Assembly (NCBI GenBank): GCA_012295275.1
Contig: CM022673.1
Span: forward strand, 8,928,001-8,992,000
Source: Chrysomallon squamiferum
Taxonomy: Eukaryota; Animalia; Mollusca
Length of the DNA: 64,000 nt
Direction: 5' to 3'
Both the position numbers and the translations under genes were made by a program. Every line of letters begins with the position of its first letter. Positions within the stretch are counted from its first letter, which is position 1. The notes beneath the pieces were generated by a model, which searched no databases, was not told the DNA's origin, and saw only the letters and a program-made list of their open reading frames with translations. Of the stretch, positions 27,972 to 42,002 are shown piece by piece.

Positions 27972-30388
27972 TAATTATTAATGAATATGATGATAATAAT
28001 AACAGTAATAGTATAATCATAATAACAACAACAAGAAATGAATAATAATAACAACAAAAATAACAAGAATAATAATTATATAATTGAGAAAGAAAAAAGA
28101 CAACAACACTAACACAAATAATGCAACAAACAGAAACAAGAGAATCCTGGATAAAATTAAAATAAAAAGGATAGATGAACGGACAAAAATAAATATATGT
28201 TTCAGCGTTTCCATCCAGTATATATATATATATGGAGAGAGAAAAATATGGAAATTATGGATATTAAGTAGCAGTGGATACAAATTCAGATTCTTTGTCA
28301 CTCTCTGGATCTGTTCCTGTAATGGTTTGTTCACTTGATCTATATTGTCAGCATTAAAAGGAATAAGCTCCAAAAATCTTCTTTTTTTTTTTCTTAAATT
28401 CAATAATTTTTTTTTTTTTCCTTTGGCTTTTCAATATTCTTCTTCTTCTTCTTCTTCTTTTTCCAATAAATTAATATTTATTTAATAACGAATGAAAGTT
28501 TCAATTTAAGTTATTAATTAGAAGAAGCTATTTGAAAATACAAATCAGCAACTAGTACGCACTTCCAGTAATGAGATAGATAAACATGAACACTAACTAA
28601 ACAGGCTGAAAACCAACTAGCAACGCACAAAGACCGTAAAAAACAGGTTGTTAACATATCGGGACCGAAAAAGAAACATCTGAAATAAAACACCTCAGAG
28701 ATAAAACAACTATAAAAATTTAAGAAAAAAAAACAGAAGAATATAACAGTAAATTCTAGAGAACGTTTCTTTTATATATGAAATATATTTGTCTTGGGAT
28801 TTCAGTTACATGAAAAGTGATAATCCAGGAAGTATCCTTGTGACTCAGACTCGGACCGAACTGTACGAGAGTCGTAGATCTTATTCCTAGTTATTAGTGC
28901 AGAACCAGTGTACAAACACAGACGTAGACACAGAATAATGCTGCGTAAACTGTTAATTAAAAATGTGTTCGCTTTGTTATGTTTTAAATATTTGTTTACC
29001 CTCGAAAATATTCAAGTTTAATCTTCTCTTCATATATTTGTCTTATTTAGTTTTATATAATACATATAACGCCATGGTCTTTCCTGTGTAAATATGCATA
29101 AGCAAACAGACGTTCGTACAAGCATACGTTCTGCGACTTAATAGCAGCTTTGTAAGCAGACTTATTTTACATTGTCACGCAAATCGTTAATAAAATGTTA
29201 ATGAATACGATGTCAAGCGATGTAATGTAACAGAAACCTCAATCTTATATAGAATGACATCTGCAGATAAAGAAAACGCTATAAAGTTAAAATACAGCGA
29301 AAAAATATGACCTGAAACTTCAAGGGTTTTCATCAAATGATATCTGTACTGTCAAAACAGTCGAAGGAAATTACTGAGTTGTTGTTGCGTGTGATATGAC
29401 CTAAAACATTGGATGACAAGTGGTATGTTACGATTATTATTATTATTATTATATATATATAATCAATTACTTTCTACATTTATAGATTTTAATTACAGAT
29501 TATATTTTATAGCTAACAATTACATATATTTAACATATAAATTTAATTGTAAAACGATAATTTAATAATTTTTTAAACTTCGGCACATTTGCTATGTTAC
29601 CATCTATTCGTGTAATATGAAAATGTTGTTTTCAACGATTTTGATGCCTATCCTAAACATTTCCCATTCCGTCATTACTGAATGTTGTCAGAACTCTCGT
29701 TCAACGTTATTTAACTTTTAATTTTAAACATCGTAATATATAAAAATAAAAGTTTAAATATACATCTCTAGTGAAGATATTTTGACGTTTAAAATCTATG
29801 TGCCTTACTTTATTATTACAATTCAATTGTATATTTGCAACTAGCAGTCTTGATAAAAGTTTAGAATATTAAAAAGTTAAAAAACAACAAAACAACAACA
29901 ACGAAAAATCTAAATAACTATTCATCATTTTTGATTTTTAACGTGCGAAAATATATTAATAACAAATTCATTGCAGATTTTAATACAAAATTATTCCTCA
30001 GTCTTTGAGTTATATATTTTCTTAAACAAATAATATTATGAAAACATATGACAGAGTGAAAAGACAAATTTAAATTAGTTAATGTTTTGTAAAAAGGAAA
30101 AGAACAAAAAAAGAACAATTTTGTAAATATGTCAGGACAAAGGAATAGAAATCAGAGAATTTAAGAAAATAACAACGAATGAGACTTACGTATAATCAAA
30201 ATGTATATAAACTAACGTCTAACAAATAAAACTCATAAAACAAGGAAAAACAGTTTCATTAACTTTATTTTATTTACGTTTACAATCAAAGTCAGGATAT
30301 TTAGTAAGATAGCATTAGAAAACGAGACGTTGTACTGGATACGTTAAATTCTGAAACATAATCAAAGTTCATGTAGCTGCAATGACAT

Positions 30389-30729
30389 TTAACAGTATAC
30401 GATGGCGTCCCAGCACTGGACGTAGATGTAGGGCTCTCCCGAGATTACAACTCTGTATACTAGGCATCGTCTTTGTACACACCACGAACGTTTGACAATC
30501 CTTCCGCCTGTAATATCAAACAAATACTTATATATGGAGATAAAATTGTTGTCTCTTCCATCATTTAAAAATAAATAAATAAATAAATAAAGATTTATCT
30601 ATTTTAAAACAAATGGATGAGTTTTGGTTTTATACCTATGCATCCGCACAATGGAGTATGTTGGTTTATTATATATTTATTTTTATTGGTTTATTTATTT
30701 TATTATTATTTATTTATTTATTATTATTA

Positions 30730-30803
<74 letters not shown>

Positions 30804-31046
30804 TAGTTTATGTCAGCATAATCATTTTAATTAAATATTTGAATTCACAGTTAAATAATTAATTCATAATTTACCCTGGGATAAGGCGGGTGCAGTGTTT
30901 GTTTGTTCTTTCGGTCCTAGTTGGATGATGTCGATGCCTTTTCTGCCTTGTTTCTCACAAGTCTCTTTTACTTTAACGTCAACATCGTCCTGTCCAGTCT
31001 TCATTTCATAGTGGTCCGTCTCAAAGTCCAGATCCTGAAAAGTAAC

Positions 31047-31088
<42 letters not shown>

Positions 31089-31389
31089 TATGGGTAGGTG
31101 GGCGTACAAATCCCTTATTTCCAATAGACAAAGCGTAGTCCTCTTTCTCTTTTTCTTTTTCGGTTTCTGTATTATCATTAACCAATGTTACGTTTGGCGA
31201 CCTACGTCAAAATTTGATGAGGTATTCGTTACATAAAATACATTTTCTTTCTGTATTAAATTTATAAACTGACTTACCGTAGCTTTGGCTTGGATTTCTT
31301 TCTCTGTCATGTCGATGACGTAACACGTGGTGTTGTCACTTGGCATAATCACCACCCACTTGCGCTGCAAATATATATGTTCGTCTATT

Positions 31390-31474
<85 letters not shown>

Positions 31475-32127
31475 CAGAAAACGCTTGTAACATGATCAGA
31501 CTCTAAGACAGATATTGTCTCACATATTACTGTTTCCTTTACACACAAACGCACACACACACACACACACACACTCTCTCTCTCTCTTTATGTCTGTCTT
31601 ATGTGCGTGCGTGTGTGTGTGTGTTCTGGTTTGTAAGTAGAGCATTCTGTTAAAACTTACAAGAAAGGTAATGGCTACTACGAAACGTTTCTTCTTTTGT
31701 TTTAGTTTTAATTGCACTGTATATTTGCCAGTAATACATAACTCACAATACAATAAAGTTCAGTATGATAACAACAGCAGCAGCAACAACATCAACAACA
31801 ACAACAATAATATAAAATAATATAAAACTTTTCAAATATCACATACCTGTTCGTACAAAGGAACGGTGATTTCGCCGTCTTCTCCATCTCTTGAAATGAT
31901 CTGTTTTCCACTTCTGTCCATCTGTACTTTGTACATGTGTCCGTCTGGTGTTTCAAATGATTCCTTCACTTTCTATTTATATAGGTATGTTTTAATATTA
32001 GGAAAGCTAGTATACGTATTTTGAAGAAAAGAGAAATTATATTCATTGATACTTGTGAAAAAAGAAAACAACAACATCTAAATATTCCAAACAAAACCAT
32101 CTCTACTCGCCAAAAGAAAAAAAGAAC

Positions 32128-32181
<54 letters not shown>

Positions 32182-33144
32182 TAATAATAATAAAACACGC
32201 ATTAACAAAACCTGATAATTAAAGTCAAACTAAGGTGAAAGCTAAATTTTACTTACTGGCCGCGCATTTGTAAATTGTAGCAGGAAAACTACAACAATGA
32301 CAATTGCAAACTGAAAAATAAAATAAATAGAAAATAGAAATAATAATAATAATAACAACAACAACAACAACAATTAAAAGAGGCGACATACCTGAAAGTA
32401 ATTCATTTATTTAATAATTTTTCGTTTAGTTTACTTTTCTTCTTCGTTTTGCTATTATTACCATAACTGTTATTTATTTATTTGTTTTAATTTCTTTCAT
32501 CCTTTTCCTAAAAAAATATATGTACTAATGACTTTAGACTGTTCAAATTTGAAAACTGAAACATTTCTGGATATGGTTTCATTCCCTTTAATGCATACTC
32601 TTTTATTTAAAATGTTTCACTTTGATTTTCATTTTTGTTGACTGTATATATACTTTTTTTTCCGTTTTCATTTCTGTTTTTACGGCTTTTTTCTTTACTT
32701 TTCAGTTTTTATTTTTTTTATAACATTTGTTTATTTTATTATTTTTTTTTTTATATAGATTTGAATTTAATACAGTTAAGAAAAAATATATCAATCGTAA
32801 GAAAAGGAGTCGTGAAGAACTCTTTTCAGTTCATTTAACGTACCTCTCTATAAAATATGCGACACAGTAATAAAGGGGAAAAAAACAACCAAGCACTGAA
32901 AGGTTTTATAATTTTCAATGCTTTCTTACAATCTGCCATGTAAATTTATGATGAAATGCAGTACTGATATTGTCTATGAAAAAAAGAATACTCATTTGTA
33001 ACAAATAATAATAAATATTGTGTTAAAGTAAATGATCTATAGTTAATATTTTTAAAAATGGAAATGAAAAAAATGTGAGGTTTAAAGAATACATATGTAT
33101 ACATTTGAAAAAAGAAATACAGTGAAACAAAAGTTTACCTTCAT
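30389..33144 (-). CDS. BRICHOS-like prepropeptide, copy 2 (183 aa)
   Basis: Exons (minus) 33144-33139 MK; 32310-32257 FAIVIVVVFLLQFTNARP; 31972-31847; 31364-31278; 31034-30875; 30507-30389 GRIVKR|SWCVQRRCLVYRVVISGEPYIYVQCWDAIVYC*. GT-AG introns, ORF intact; TATA at 33213-33220; AATAAA at ~30264-30274. Confidence 0.88.
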
Positions 33145-34362
33145 GATGGCCGGTTGTTCAGTTTTTATCTTCTTTGTTGGTCTCTGAGAAACTTTCTTCT
33201 TCCACTCACTCTTATTTATACTCGAATTTTGGGATTTATGGTAATATTTGAACCCTATACGTATTGCGCAACATGGAGCCCAGGTCAACGATTCTGCGAT
33301 ACGTCCGGTTTAAGAGGGGTGTTTGGGAAGGAGGAAAAGAATACGTTTTTGTTCTTTTAACAATAATTATTATTATTAATATTTCTTGTTATTTTGTTGT
33401 TGTTTTTTTGGTCGATTTTTTCCTCCGCTTTTGCTGCTGTTGTTGTTGTTGTTTTTAAAGAACAGCTTTGAATGATGAAGACGGTGTCAAGTACTCCATT
33501 ACGTCCCAAAACTGCATTCAGTACCGACCCTGATTGCAGTTTCAGCAATATGATTTATATATATATATTTTGTTTACATAATTTTTGCTCTGACCGATTG
33601 CATAACTGTACTAAACAGCAAACCAGGATGTTCACTGTGATTGGCTAAAACAATTTTAATTCACCTTCACCTTACACACTGTTCGGGTAATTTTCCAACC
33701 TTATAAGGCCAAAAATTCTATACAAAAAGTTCAGTTATACAATCGGTCACAGCAAAAAATTATTTAAACAAAATTTACATATATACAAATCAAAAATTAT
33801 GTAAACAATATATATATGTTATTATCTGTGACTCTTTTCAAATAGAGTTGAAGGCTGGCGTCCCCTAGATTAAATTTTATATTGGTCACAGAAGAACAGT
33901 GTTTTTTGTTTTGAAGTTATAAGAATTTGTAAATATATAGCATTTACAAGGTCAACGATCGGGGTGTCTACATATATAAGACAAAGTGGGCAATAGCCCA
34001 AGCTGAAAATGAATGGCATAGAATTATGAAAACCCAATTTTAATTAGATGTTTCAAGTTTCAAATTATTTTTTCTTTCATCATTGTTTTTTATTTATTTG
34101 AAATAAAATGAATTAAAATTCAGAGAGCTTTGGAAAACTGTTTTTACTCTTTGCTATTATTGCTTTAAGTGTTCTAGCATTCACTATGGCCACCAGTAAA
34201 CATTTTGGCCTTTGATTTTAACAAAAATTTATATATATATATTTATATGTATGTACGTACGTACGTATATGTAACTACATATAGATGTGTGTATGAATAT
34301 ATGTAAGCACTATATATGTAAATGTCTGTGTGTCTGTGTGTGTATATATATATATATATATT

Positions 34363-34394
<32 letters not shown>

Positions 34395-34703
34395 CAGATA
34401 CGCATGAGTGTGTGTGTGTGTGTGTAAATGTTAATATGTGCGTATGTACATATATAAGACAAAAGATAAGATACTATTTATTCGAAGGTGTTAATATTAA
34501 GTCAATAGTTGTTTTTTCTTATTTTAATTTTGTGAGTTATTTTTTTTATAGTTTTTGTTGATGACGTGTATCATAAGATTATATAGATATGTGGGTGTGT
34601 ATATATACATAAATTTGTGTATTCATTAATTTATTTATGTTGTTATTTATGTCAAAGATATTACTCAGTAATTGATTCAGTATTCTTCTTCTTCTTCTTC
34701 TTC

Positions 34704-34740
<37 letters not shown>

Positions 34741-35581
34741 GCATCATCATCATTTTTGTTGTTGTTTTTTTTTATGGGTATTATATCTATTATTGTTATT
34801 GTTGTTGATGTTGTTGTTGTTTTTGTTTTTGTTGTTATTAATGCAACACAGCTAATACAATATGGATAAATACAGCCCGTAAAACTGTAAAATATAATTA
34901 TCAGTACCATCTCGTTATTAATTTAAAGATGCATGTGTCTACCTGAGAATATGCCTTTCAGAGAGTAGTTTTTATTTTTATAATATATATTAATGACATG
35001 TGTATTTCACATCATTGTTTTCTCATTACTATAAACTTACACGTATTGTTAAGGTGAGTCATAAATTCTAGCAGGGTGTGGTTTATTGTTCTTAGTGTTC
35101 AAACAGATATCTTTATACATTAAACGTGCCACAGGTTAAATCATGACTAGAAATATGAAACCCCAGGTAACTAATCACGAGAAAAAATTATTTGTTAACA
35201 TTTGCATTGTCTAGTTGAAAGATTAAAGGACTCTTTTTTTGTTGTTTTCAAGCGCCTTATCTTCTTCTTCTTTTTTTTTTTTTTTTTTTTTTTTCTTTTT
35301 TTCTTTTCTCGTAAAATAATGAAAGAGGAAGTCCTCTTAGAACATGTCATAATAATGGCTGCTAATATTTCGACCATCAGCCTCACAATGTATAAAATAT
35401 TCTCTCTACGATATCTAGTTTCAGAAAGGCCTGGTTTTATTTATTCATGAGACCAGTTTTAAAAAGTTTAAAATTTATTTAAATGAAAAGCAATGTTTAC
35501 TACTATTGCTACCACTACAGGTACTGCTATTGTTGTACTACTACTACAGTAACGACGACAACTACTACAACTACTACTAAC

Positions 35582-35622
<41 letters not shown>

Positions 35623-35894
35623 TAACAACAACAACAATAATAATGATCATGATTAAAATAATAATAAAAATAATATAAAAAATATAAATAATAATAACAA
35701 TGACAACAAAAATCATTATTATTATGATGATAATAATAATAGTATAAAAAAAATAATAATAATAATAATAATAATGATAATAATTTTTTCTTCTTTAATG
35801 ATGTTTTTCATTTTTGGACTTTGGGAACCAGTCCTCTGTTAGGTAGTTTTCATTTTGCTGTTCATGCTGTTTTGTTTTATTTTTATTTTATCTT

Positions 35895-36000
<106 letters not shown>

Positions 36001-36931
36001 TCTTGATTATTTTGTTTTGCTTTCTTCTGTTTCTCTTTTTATTTTTATTTTTAATTTTTAATTTTGTGTCGTTGTTTTTGTTTACTTGATGTTGTTCTTT
36101 TAATGTTCTTTTTTTGTATCAATTAACAGTATGGGAACGGACACATCATCATCTTCTCAGCACAGAGGAAAACTCGTAACTAAGTAAATAAAATTGTAAA
36201 AGAAAATAAGAAACTTAAAAAAATATAAAGAAATATTGATTTATGTGTTATATAATAATGTATTGTTGTGGTAGTATTTACACAAATTTCCTTTGAATAA
36301 AATCAATTTTTATTTGTTTTAATAATTATTATTATTCTATCAGATACATCAGTAACACGGTCTAGATCTCATACAGTTTAAAATGACTGAACCGGGATGA
36401 ACTGTTGAATGTCTCTCGTCTACCTGAGATTTAACAAAATTCAGTCTCTGTATTAAGTTACATAGTGCACGCTTAGCGGGTTCGGCTCGAGACAAACTAG
36501 TGGTTAAAGTAATTAATGTTGTTTATATTCGAGACGTTTCTCTTTGTAGAAAACGTGCAGTCCTATAGACATACATCTGCAGTGATGTGATTGAAAAAAC
36601 AATGAAATGATGATAGTGAAACAACGGCAATATGAACACTAAGAGTAATAACAACGAACAATACCAATAACATGCGCAACAGCATCAGCATCAACATCAA
36701 CAAAACCAAAAACTGTCATCATTATGATCTTTTTTCTCTCTCTCTGTCTCGTGCATGACATTAATCAGTATACACAAAAGTATACTGATAAATATTCATT
36801 ATCGATCTCTTTTTGTACATCTGTGTGTGTGTCTATGTGTGTGTGCTTGCATTAATCCATCTGTACCTGTCTATCTAGTTAGTTAGCTATCTAACAATTT
36901 CTCTTTCTACGTATGTACGTATATATATATG

Positions 36932-36962
<31 letters not shown>

Positions 36963-37276
36963 TTGTGTGTGTGTGTATTTATTGTCTGTACTAAATATAT
37001 ATAAATATATGTATATATATACACACACATATACACATTCACACAAATATGTCTGTCTGTCTGTGTGTCTGTCTGTCTGCCTATCTTAATATCATCATCC
37101 CGATCTTGTTTTCTTATTCACCTGTAACCACTCCGCGTTTATCTGAAGTCTTTATCTGAAGTGTTCGTTAAAGCTGTGAGTAACAAAATCTTTACTCTTT
37201 ATGAGTTCATTTTAAAATAACCGAAACAACAGTATCGTCTTCATTGTAATCTTTTATATATCTCTGTCTATTCTTT

Positions 37277-37870
37277 ATTCAGAATTATATTTTATTGTTT
37301 TATTTATTTCTTACAGTTGTTGGATTTACGCTTTATTAACAACAACAACAACAGCAACAACAACAATAGCAAATAAATAAATAGATAAATAAATGAAATA
37401 ACAAATAATTTTATGATGTTGCCGCGGTACACAGCTTGCTATTTAAATGCGGTGTTCCCAATTAACTCAGATATTACTTACACGGATAATCTTAAATATC
37501 ATTTATATTATCATAAATGAGTTTTTTCCTTATATTTACACGTCAGTAACATAATTATATATATATACATACACTCTCTCTCTCTCCCTCCCTCCCTCCC
37601 TCGCTCCCCCACTGGTATGTGTGCGTGTGTAGTTTGCAAGTAAAGGACTAGTAGAAAAAGGTATTTACAGTTAACTATAATCTCCAGTAATAAAATAAAT
37701 CACAACATAGTAAAGTCCAGAAACTATAGATGTTTCATAACACAAAACATGGGAGGGATGAGGATACGATAAGGGGAAGATAACTTCAAAAACTAATCTA
37801 ACGTTTTAGGGTAAAAGAGTTATGTTTCTTGGAAATTTCAAAAACTATAATTATATAATTATGCGAATAT
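37277..37870 (+). pseudogene. Highly deleted GPCR 3' remnant, mostly intronic
   Basis: ttacagttgttggattt matches the acceptor/start of exon 7554; the following sequence matches introns ~7800-8030 and ~8995-9130. Confidence 0.6.
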
Positions 37871-38186
37871 AATTCGTTCGAAAAGCTCACATAATTTTAA
37901 TTACACGGACGTCTTTCCAGTTTACTTCAAAGTTTCCCACGTGGCAGAGTACCAAACGAACGTTAAATACCATTATTTCAACAGAATTGTGTGCTAGTTT
38001 GTTATTGAATAGTGGATTGTTTACTGCACAGTGTAATGGCTATATCTTACTTTTATTTTATTTTGTTTTATTTTATTTCATTTTATTGTCTCGAAAATGT
38101 GGAAGAGAATGTTTTATTCTCTCAAACGTAGGGCTTTGAAGATTCGTCCCGGACCAACATATAAACAGACAAGTCACGTTAGATAA

Positions 38187-38218
<32 letters not shown>

Positions 38219-39277
38219 GTTATTATTATTATTATATTATATTATATTTCTGCCTCTTGTTATCAAAGGAAAATTTATACTCATTTTTCAAAAACATTTT
38301 GTGTGAATTATAATGCATCATCAAATTCATATTAGTTATCATAAGTTACATATCCTGTTTATCTAAAGGAATGTAAAAAATATATATGAGAAACAAATCC
38401 CTTTAGGTGTTGGTCTAGTTTTAAAACAGAAAAGTGAATGTGTGTGTGTGTGTGTGTAACACATTACTTGCTCTATTTACAAATATTTATTTATAAATTT
38501 AATTGTAAACTAAAATATTTAATAATTTATTAAACGTCAGGACATTTGCCATGACAGAACCTATTCGTGTAATTGGAAAATGTTGTTTTCTGTGACTAAA
38601 ATAAATTTTATTTCTATCATTTTCAACGATTTTGATGCCTATCCTAAACAACTCCCATTCCGTCATTACTGAATGTTATCAGAACCCTCGTTCAACGTTA
38701 TTTAACTTCTAATTTTAAACATCGTAATATATAAAAATAAAAATTTAAATACACATCTGTAGTCAAGATATTTTCACGTTCAAAATATTGGTGCCTGACT
38801 TTATTATTACAATTCGATTTTATATTTGCAACTAGCAGTCTTGATAATAGTTTAGAATATTAAAAAGCAACAACAACAACAACAACGAAAAATCTAAATA
38901 ACTGATCATCTCTTTTGAGTTTTAAAGTAATTATTAGCATAGAAAACCATGTTAATAACAAATTATTTGCAGATTTTATAAGACATTTCTTCTTCAATCT
39001 TTGAATTATATATCTCGTTAAAAGAATTTTTTTTTTAAAACATTCAGAAAATAAGAACGAACGAGAATTACGTATAATCAAACTGTATATAAACTAACAT
39101 CTAACAAATAAAACCTTATAAAACAAGGAAAAACAAACAAAAACAGTTTCATTAACTTTATTTTATTTACGTTTACAAAGTCAGGATATTTAGTAAGACA
39201 GGATTAGAAAAGAAGACTTTAAATTGGTTACGTTAAATTCTGAAACATAAGGAAAGTCAATGTAGCTGCAGTGACAT

Positions 39278-39796
39278 TTAACAGTATCTGTAGTAGTACC
39301 AGCAGCGGATGTAAAGGTAGCTTCGGCCCCCGATTATGATTCTGTAGATGTAACATCGTCTTCCTAAACACCACGAACGTTTGACAATCCTTCCACCTGT
39401 AGTAGAAAAACAAAATTGTTATCTATTTTAAAACAAATGAATGTATTTTGGGTTTATACCATACACACAATCGTACGATTTTATATGTATATATTCGTTG
39501 TTTTATTTATTTATTTATTATTAATCATTATTATTTTTCATTCGTGAGTGTGAGTCATTCTAATTAGATATTTGAATTCACAGTTAAATAATTAATTCAT
39601 AATTTACCCTGGGATAAGCCGGGTGCAGTGTCTGTTTGTTCTTTCGGTCCTAGTTGGATGATGTCTATGCCTTTTCTGCCTTGTTTCTCACAAGTCTCTT
39701 TTACTTTAACGTCAACCTCCTCCTGTACAGTCTTCATTTCATAGTCGTCCGTCTCAAAGTCCAGATCCTTGAAAATAAAAAAATAGAAAATAAATA

Positions 39797-39841
<45 letters not shown>

Positions 39842-40356
39842 TATAATAATAACAACAATAATATTAATAATAATAACAATAACGATAACGATAAGAATAA
39901 TAATATCAATTATCATACCAACAACAACAACAGCAGCAGCAGCAGCAACAACAATAATCATAATAATAATAATAAAAATATAACTATCGGTAGGTGGGCA
40001 TAAAATCCCTTACTGCTAATGGACAAAGCGTAGGCCTCTTTCTCTTTTTCTTTTTGGCTATCTGTATGGTCATTAACCAATGTTATTTTTGGCGACCTAG
40101 ATCAAAATTTGATGAGTGATTCGTTACACAAAATATATTTTCTTTCTGTATTAAATTTACAAACTGACTTACGGTAGCTTTGACCTGGATTTCTTTCTCT
40201 GTCATGTCGATGACGTAACACGTGGTGTTGTCACTTGGCATAATCACCACCCACTTGTGCTGCAAATATATATGTTCATCTATGAATCTCTCCTTCTCTC
40301 TCTCAGAAAACGTTTGTAACATGATTTGACACTAACATCAGATCTTCCTTGTTCCT

Positions 40357-40400
<44 letters not shown>

Positions 40401-41490
40401 TATCTCTCTCTTTCTCTCTATCAAGCTTTGTCTCTTTCGTTCTGTCTCTGTGTGTTTGAGTTTGTATGTGTGTGCTTTGTAAATATGAAGAGTTTAATTC
40501 CAAAACGCCAAAATCAAATTTAAGGAAACCGCCACCAAATTTTCAGCTTTTGACGGCTGTTCAACGCCCCATAAATATTTCCACCAGAATTCTATAGACC
40601 TTTCTTATAAAACGTCATAAACTCCAGAGCAGAAATAGTCCTGTTTCTCAAATCAGGTAAAAGGGATTTATAGCGATTTTGAACCAAACTCTTTACATAG
40701 TATTCTGGTAAAAAGTACAAGGATTTATGTTTTATCAACAAGAACAACAATAATAATAATAATAATATTAAAACTTTTGAAATTTTACTTACCTGTTCGT
40801 ACAAAGCAACGGTAATTTCGTCGTCTTCGTCATCTCTTGAAATGATCTCTTTTCCACTTCTGTCCATCTGTACTTTGTACATATGTCCGTCTGGTGTTTG
40901 AAACAACTCCGTAGATTTCTATTTATATAAGTATGAATTAATATTAGTAAAGTTAGGCTGTGTATTTTGAAAATAACAAACAAAAGAACACCAACAATGC
41001 AACAAGAAAAAGTAAAATAAATTAATAAATTTGTAATAAACACGCATTAACAAAATCTAATAATTAAAGTCAAACTAAGCTGAAAACTAAAAAGTTACTT
41101 ACAGGCAGCGCATTTGTGAACTGTAGCAGGAAAACTGCAACAATGACAAGTGCAAACTGAAAAATAAAATAAATAGGAAATAGAAATAATAATAATAATA
41201 ATAAAACAGGCGAAATATATCAGATTACTTCATTTATTTAATAATTTTTCGTTTAATTTAGTTTTGTTCTTTTTGGTATTATTTTCGTATCTGCTCTTTA
41301 TTTATTTGTTTTAATTTCATACATCCTTTTCCAAATACATTTACACTGTTGACTTGAAACTGTTCAGATCTGAAAATTAAAACATTTCTGCACATAGTTT
41401 CATTCTCTTTGATACCATTTTATTTTATTTTTCATTTTTTCATTTTCATTTTTGTTAACTGTATTATAATTATAATTTTTATTTTAATTC

Positions 41491-41521
<31 letters not shown>

Positions 41522-41917
41522 TTCGTGGGTTTTATTTTTTTTTTTTTTTTTTTCTTTTTCAATAATCTTTGGTTATTCATTTATTTTATTTTGTTTTAAA
41601 TTTCAGATTGAAAGAGTTAATAAAATAAAATAGGAGACGTCAAGAACTTGTTGTTTTAGTTCATTTAACGTAGCACTCTACAAAATATTCGACGCAGTAA
41701 AATTGGAAAAATTATTTTAAAAAACCAAAAAAACACCAAGCACCCGAAAGCATTTTTTGTTTTTATATAAATTGAACGCTTTCTTACAATGTGCCTTAAA
41801 AATGTATAATGAAATGCAATACTAACACTGTCTATTATAAAAAAAAAAAAAGTTACAAGTATTAATACATGCATTTAAAAAGAAAAACAACAAAGTAAAA
41901 TAAAAGTTTACCTTCAT
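39278..41917 (-). CDS. BRICHOS-like prepropeptide, copy 3 (183 aa); arenicin/tachyplesin-like cationic mature peptide
   Basis: Exons (minus) 41917-41912 MK; 41156-41103 FALVIVAVFLLQFTNALP; 40918-40793; 40259-40173; 39767-39608; 39396-39278 GRIVKR|SWCLGRRCYIYRIIIGGRSYLYIRCWYYYRYC*. ORF intact; TATA at 42003-42010; AATAAA at ~39157-39167. Confidence 0.9.
40488..40693. mobile_element. ~206-bp MITE-like insertion in intron 3 of copy 3
   Basis: Imperfect terminal inverted repeats aagagtttaattccaaaacgc ... gcgattttgaaccaaactctt; absent from the same intron of copies 1 and 2. Confidence 0.7.
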
Positions 41918-42002
41918 GATGGTCGGTTCTTCAGTTTTTCTCTTCTTTCTTCGTCTCTGAGAAAATTTCTCCTGAATGATGACTTGTCCTTCCACTCACT
42001 CG

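Noticed and set aside
28460-29430. ~1 kb segment absent from the paralogous position near 12700
   Set aside because: Possibly an insertion, but no terminal repeats or ORF were recognised.
39228-39413. ORF-track peptides MFFYYRWKDCQTFVVFRKTMLHLQ.. (also 48229-48414 and 57866-58060)
   Set aside because: Wrong frame of exon 6; the phase-1 splice from exon 5 gives the GRIVKR-SWC frame with four conserved Cys.
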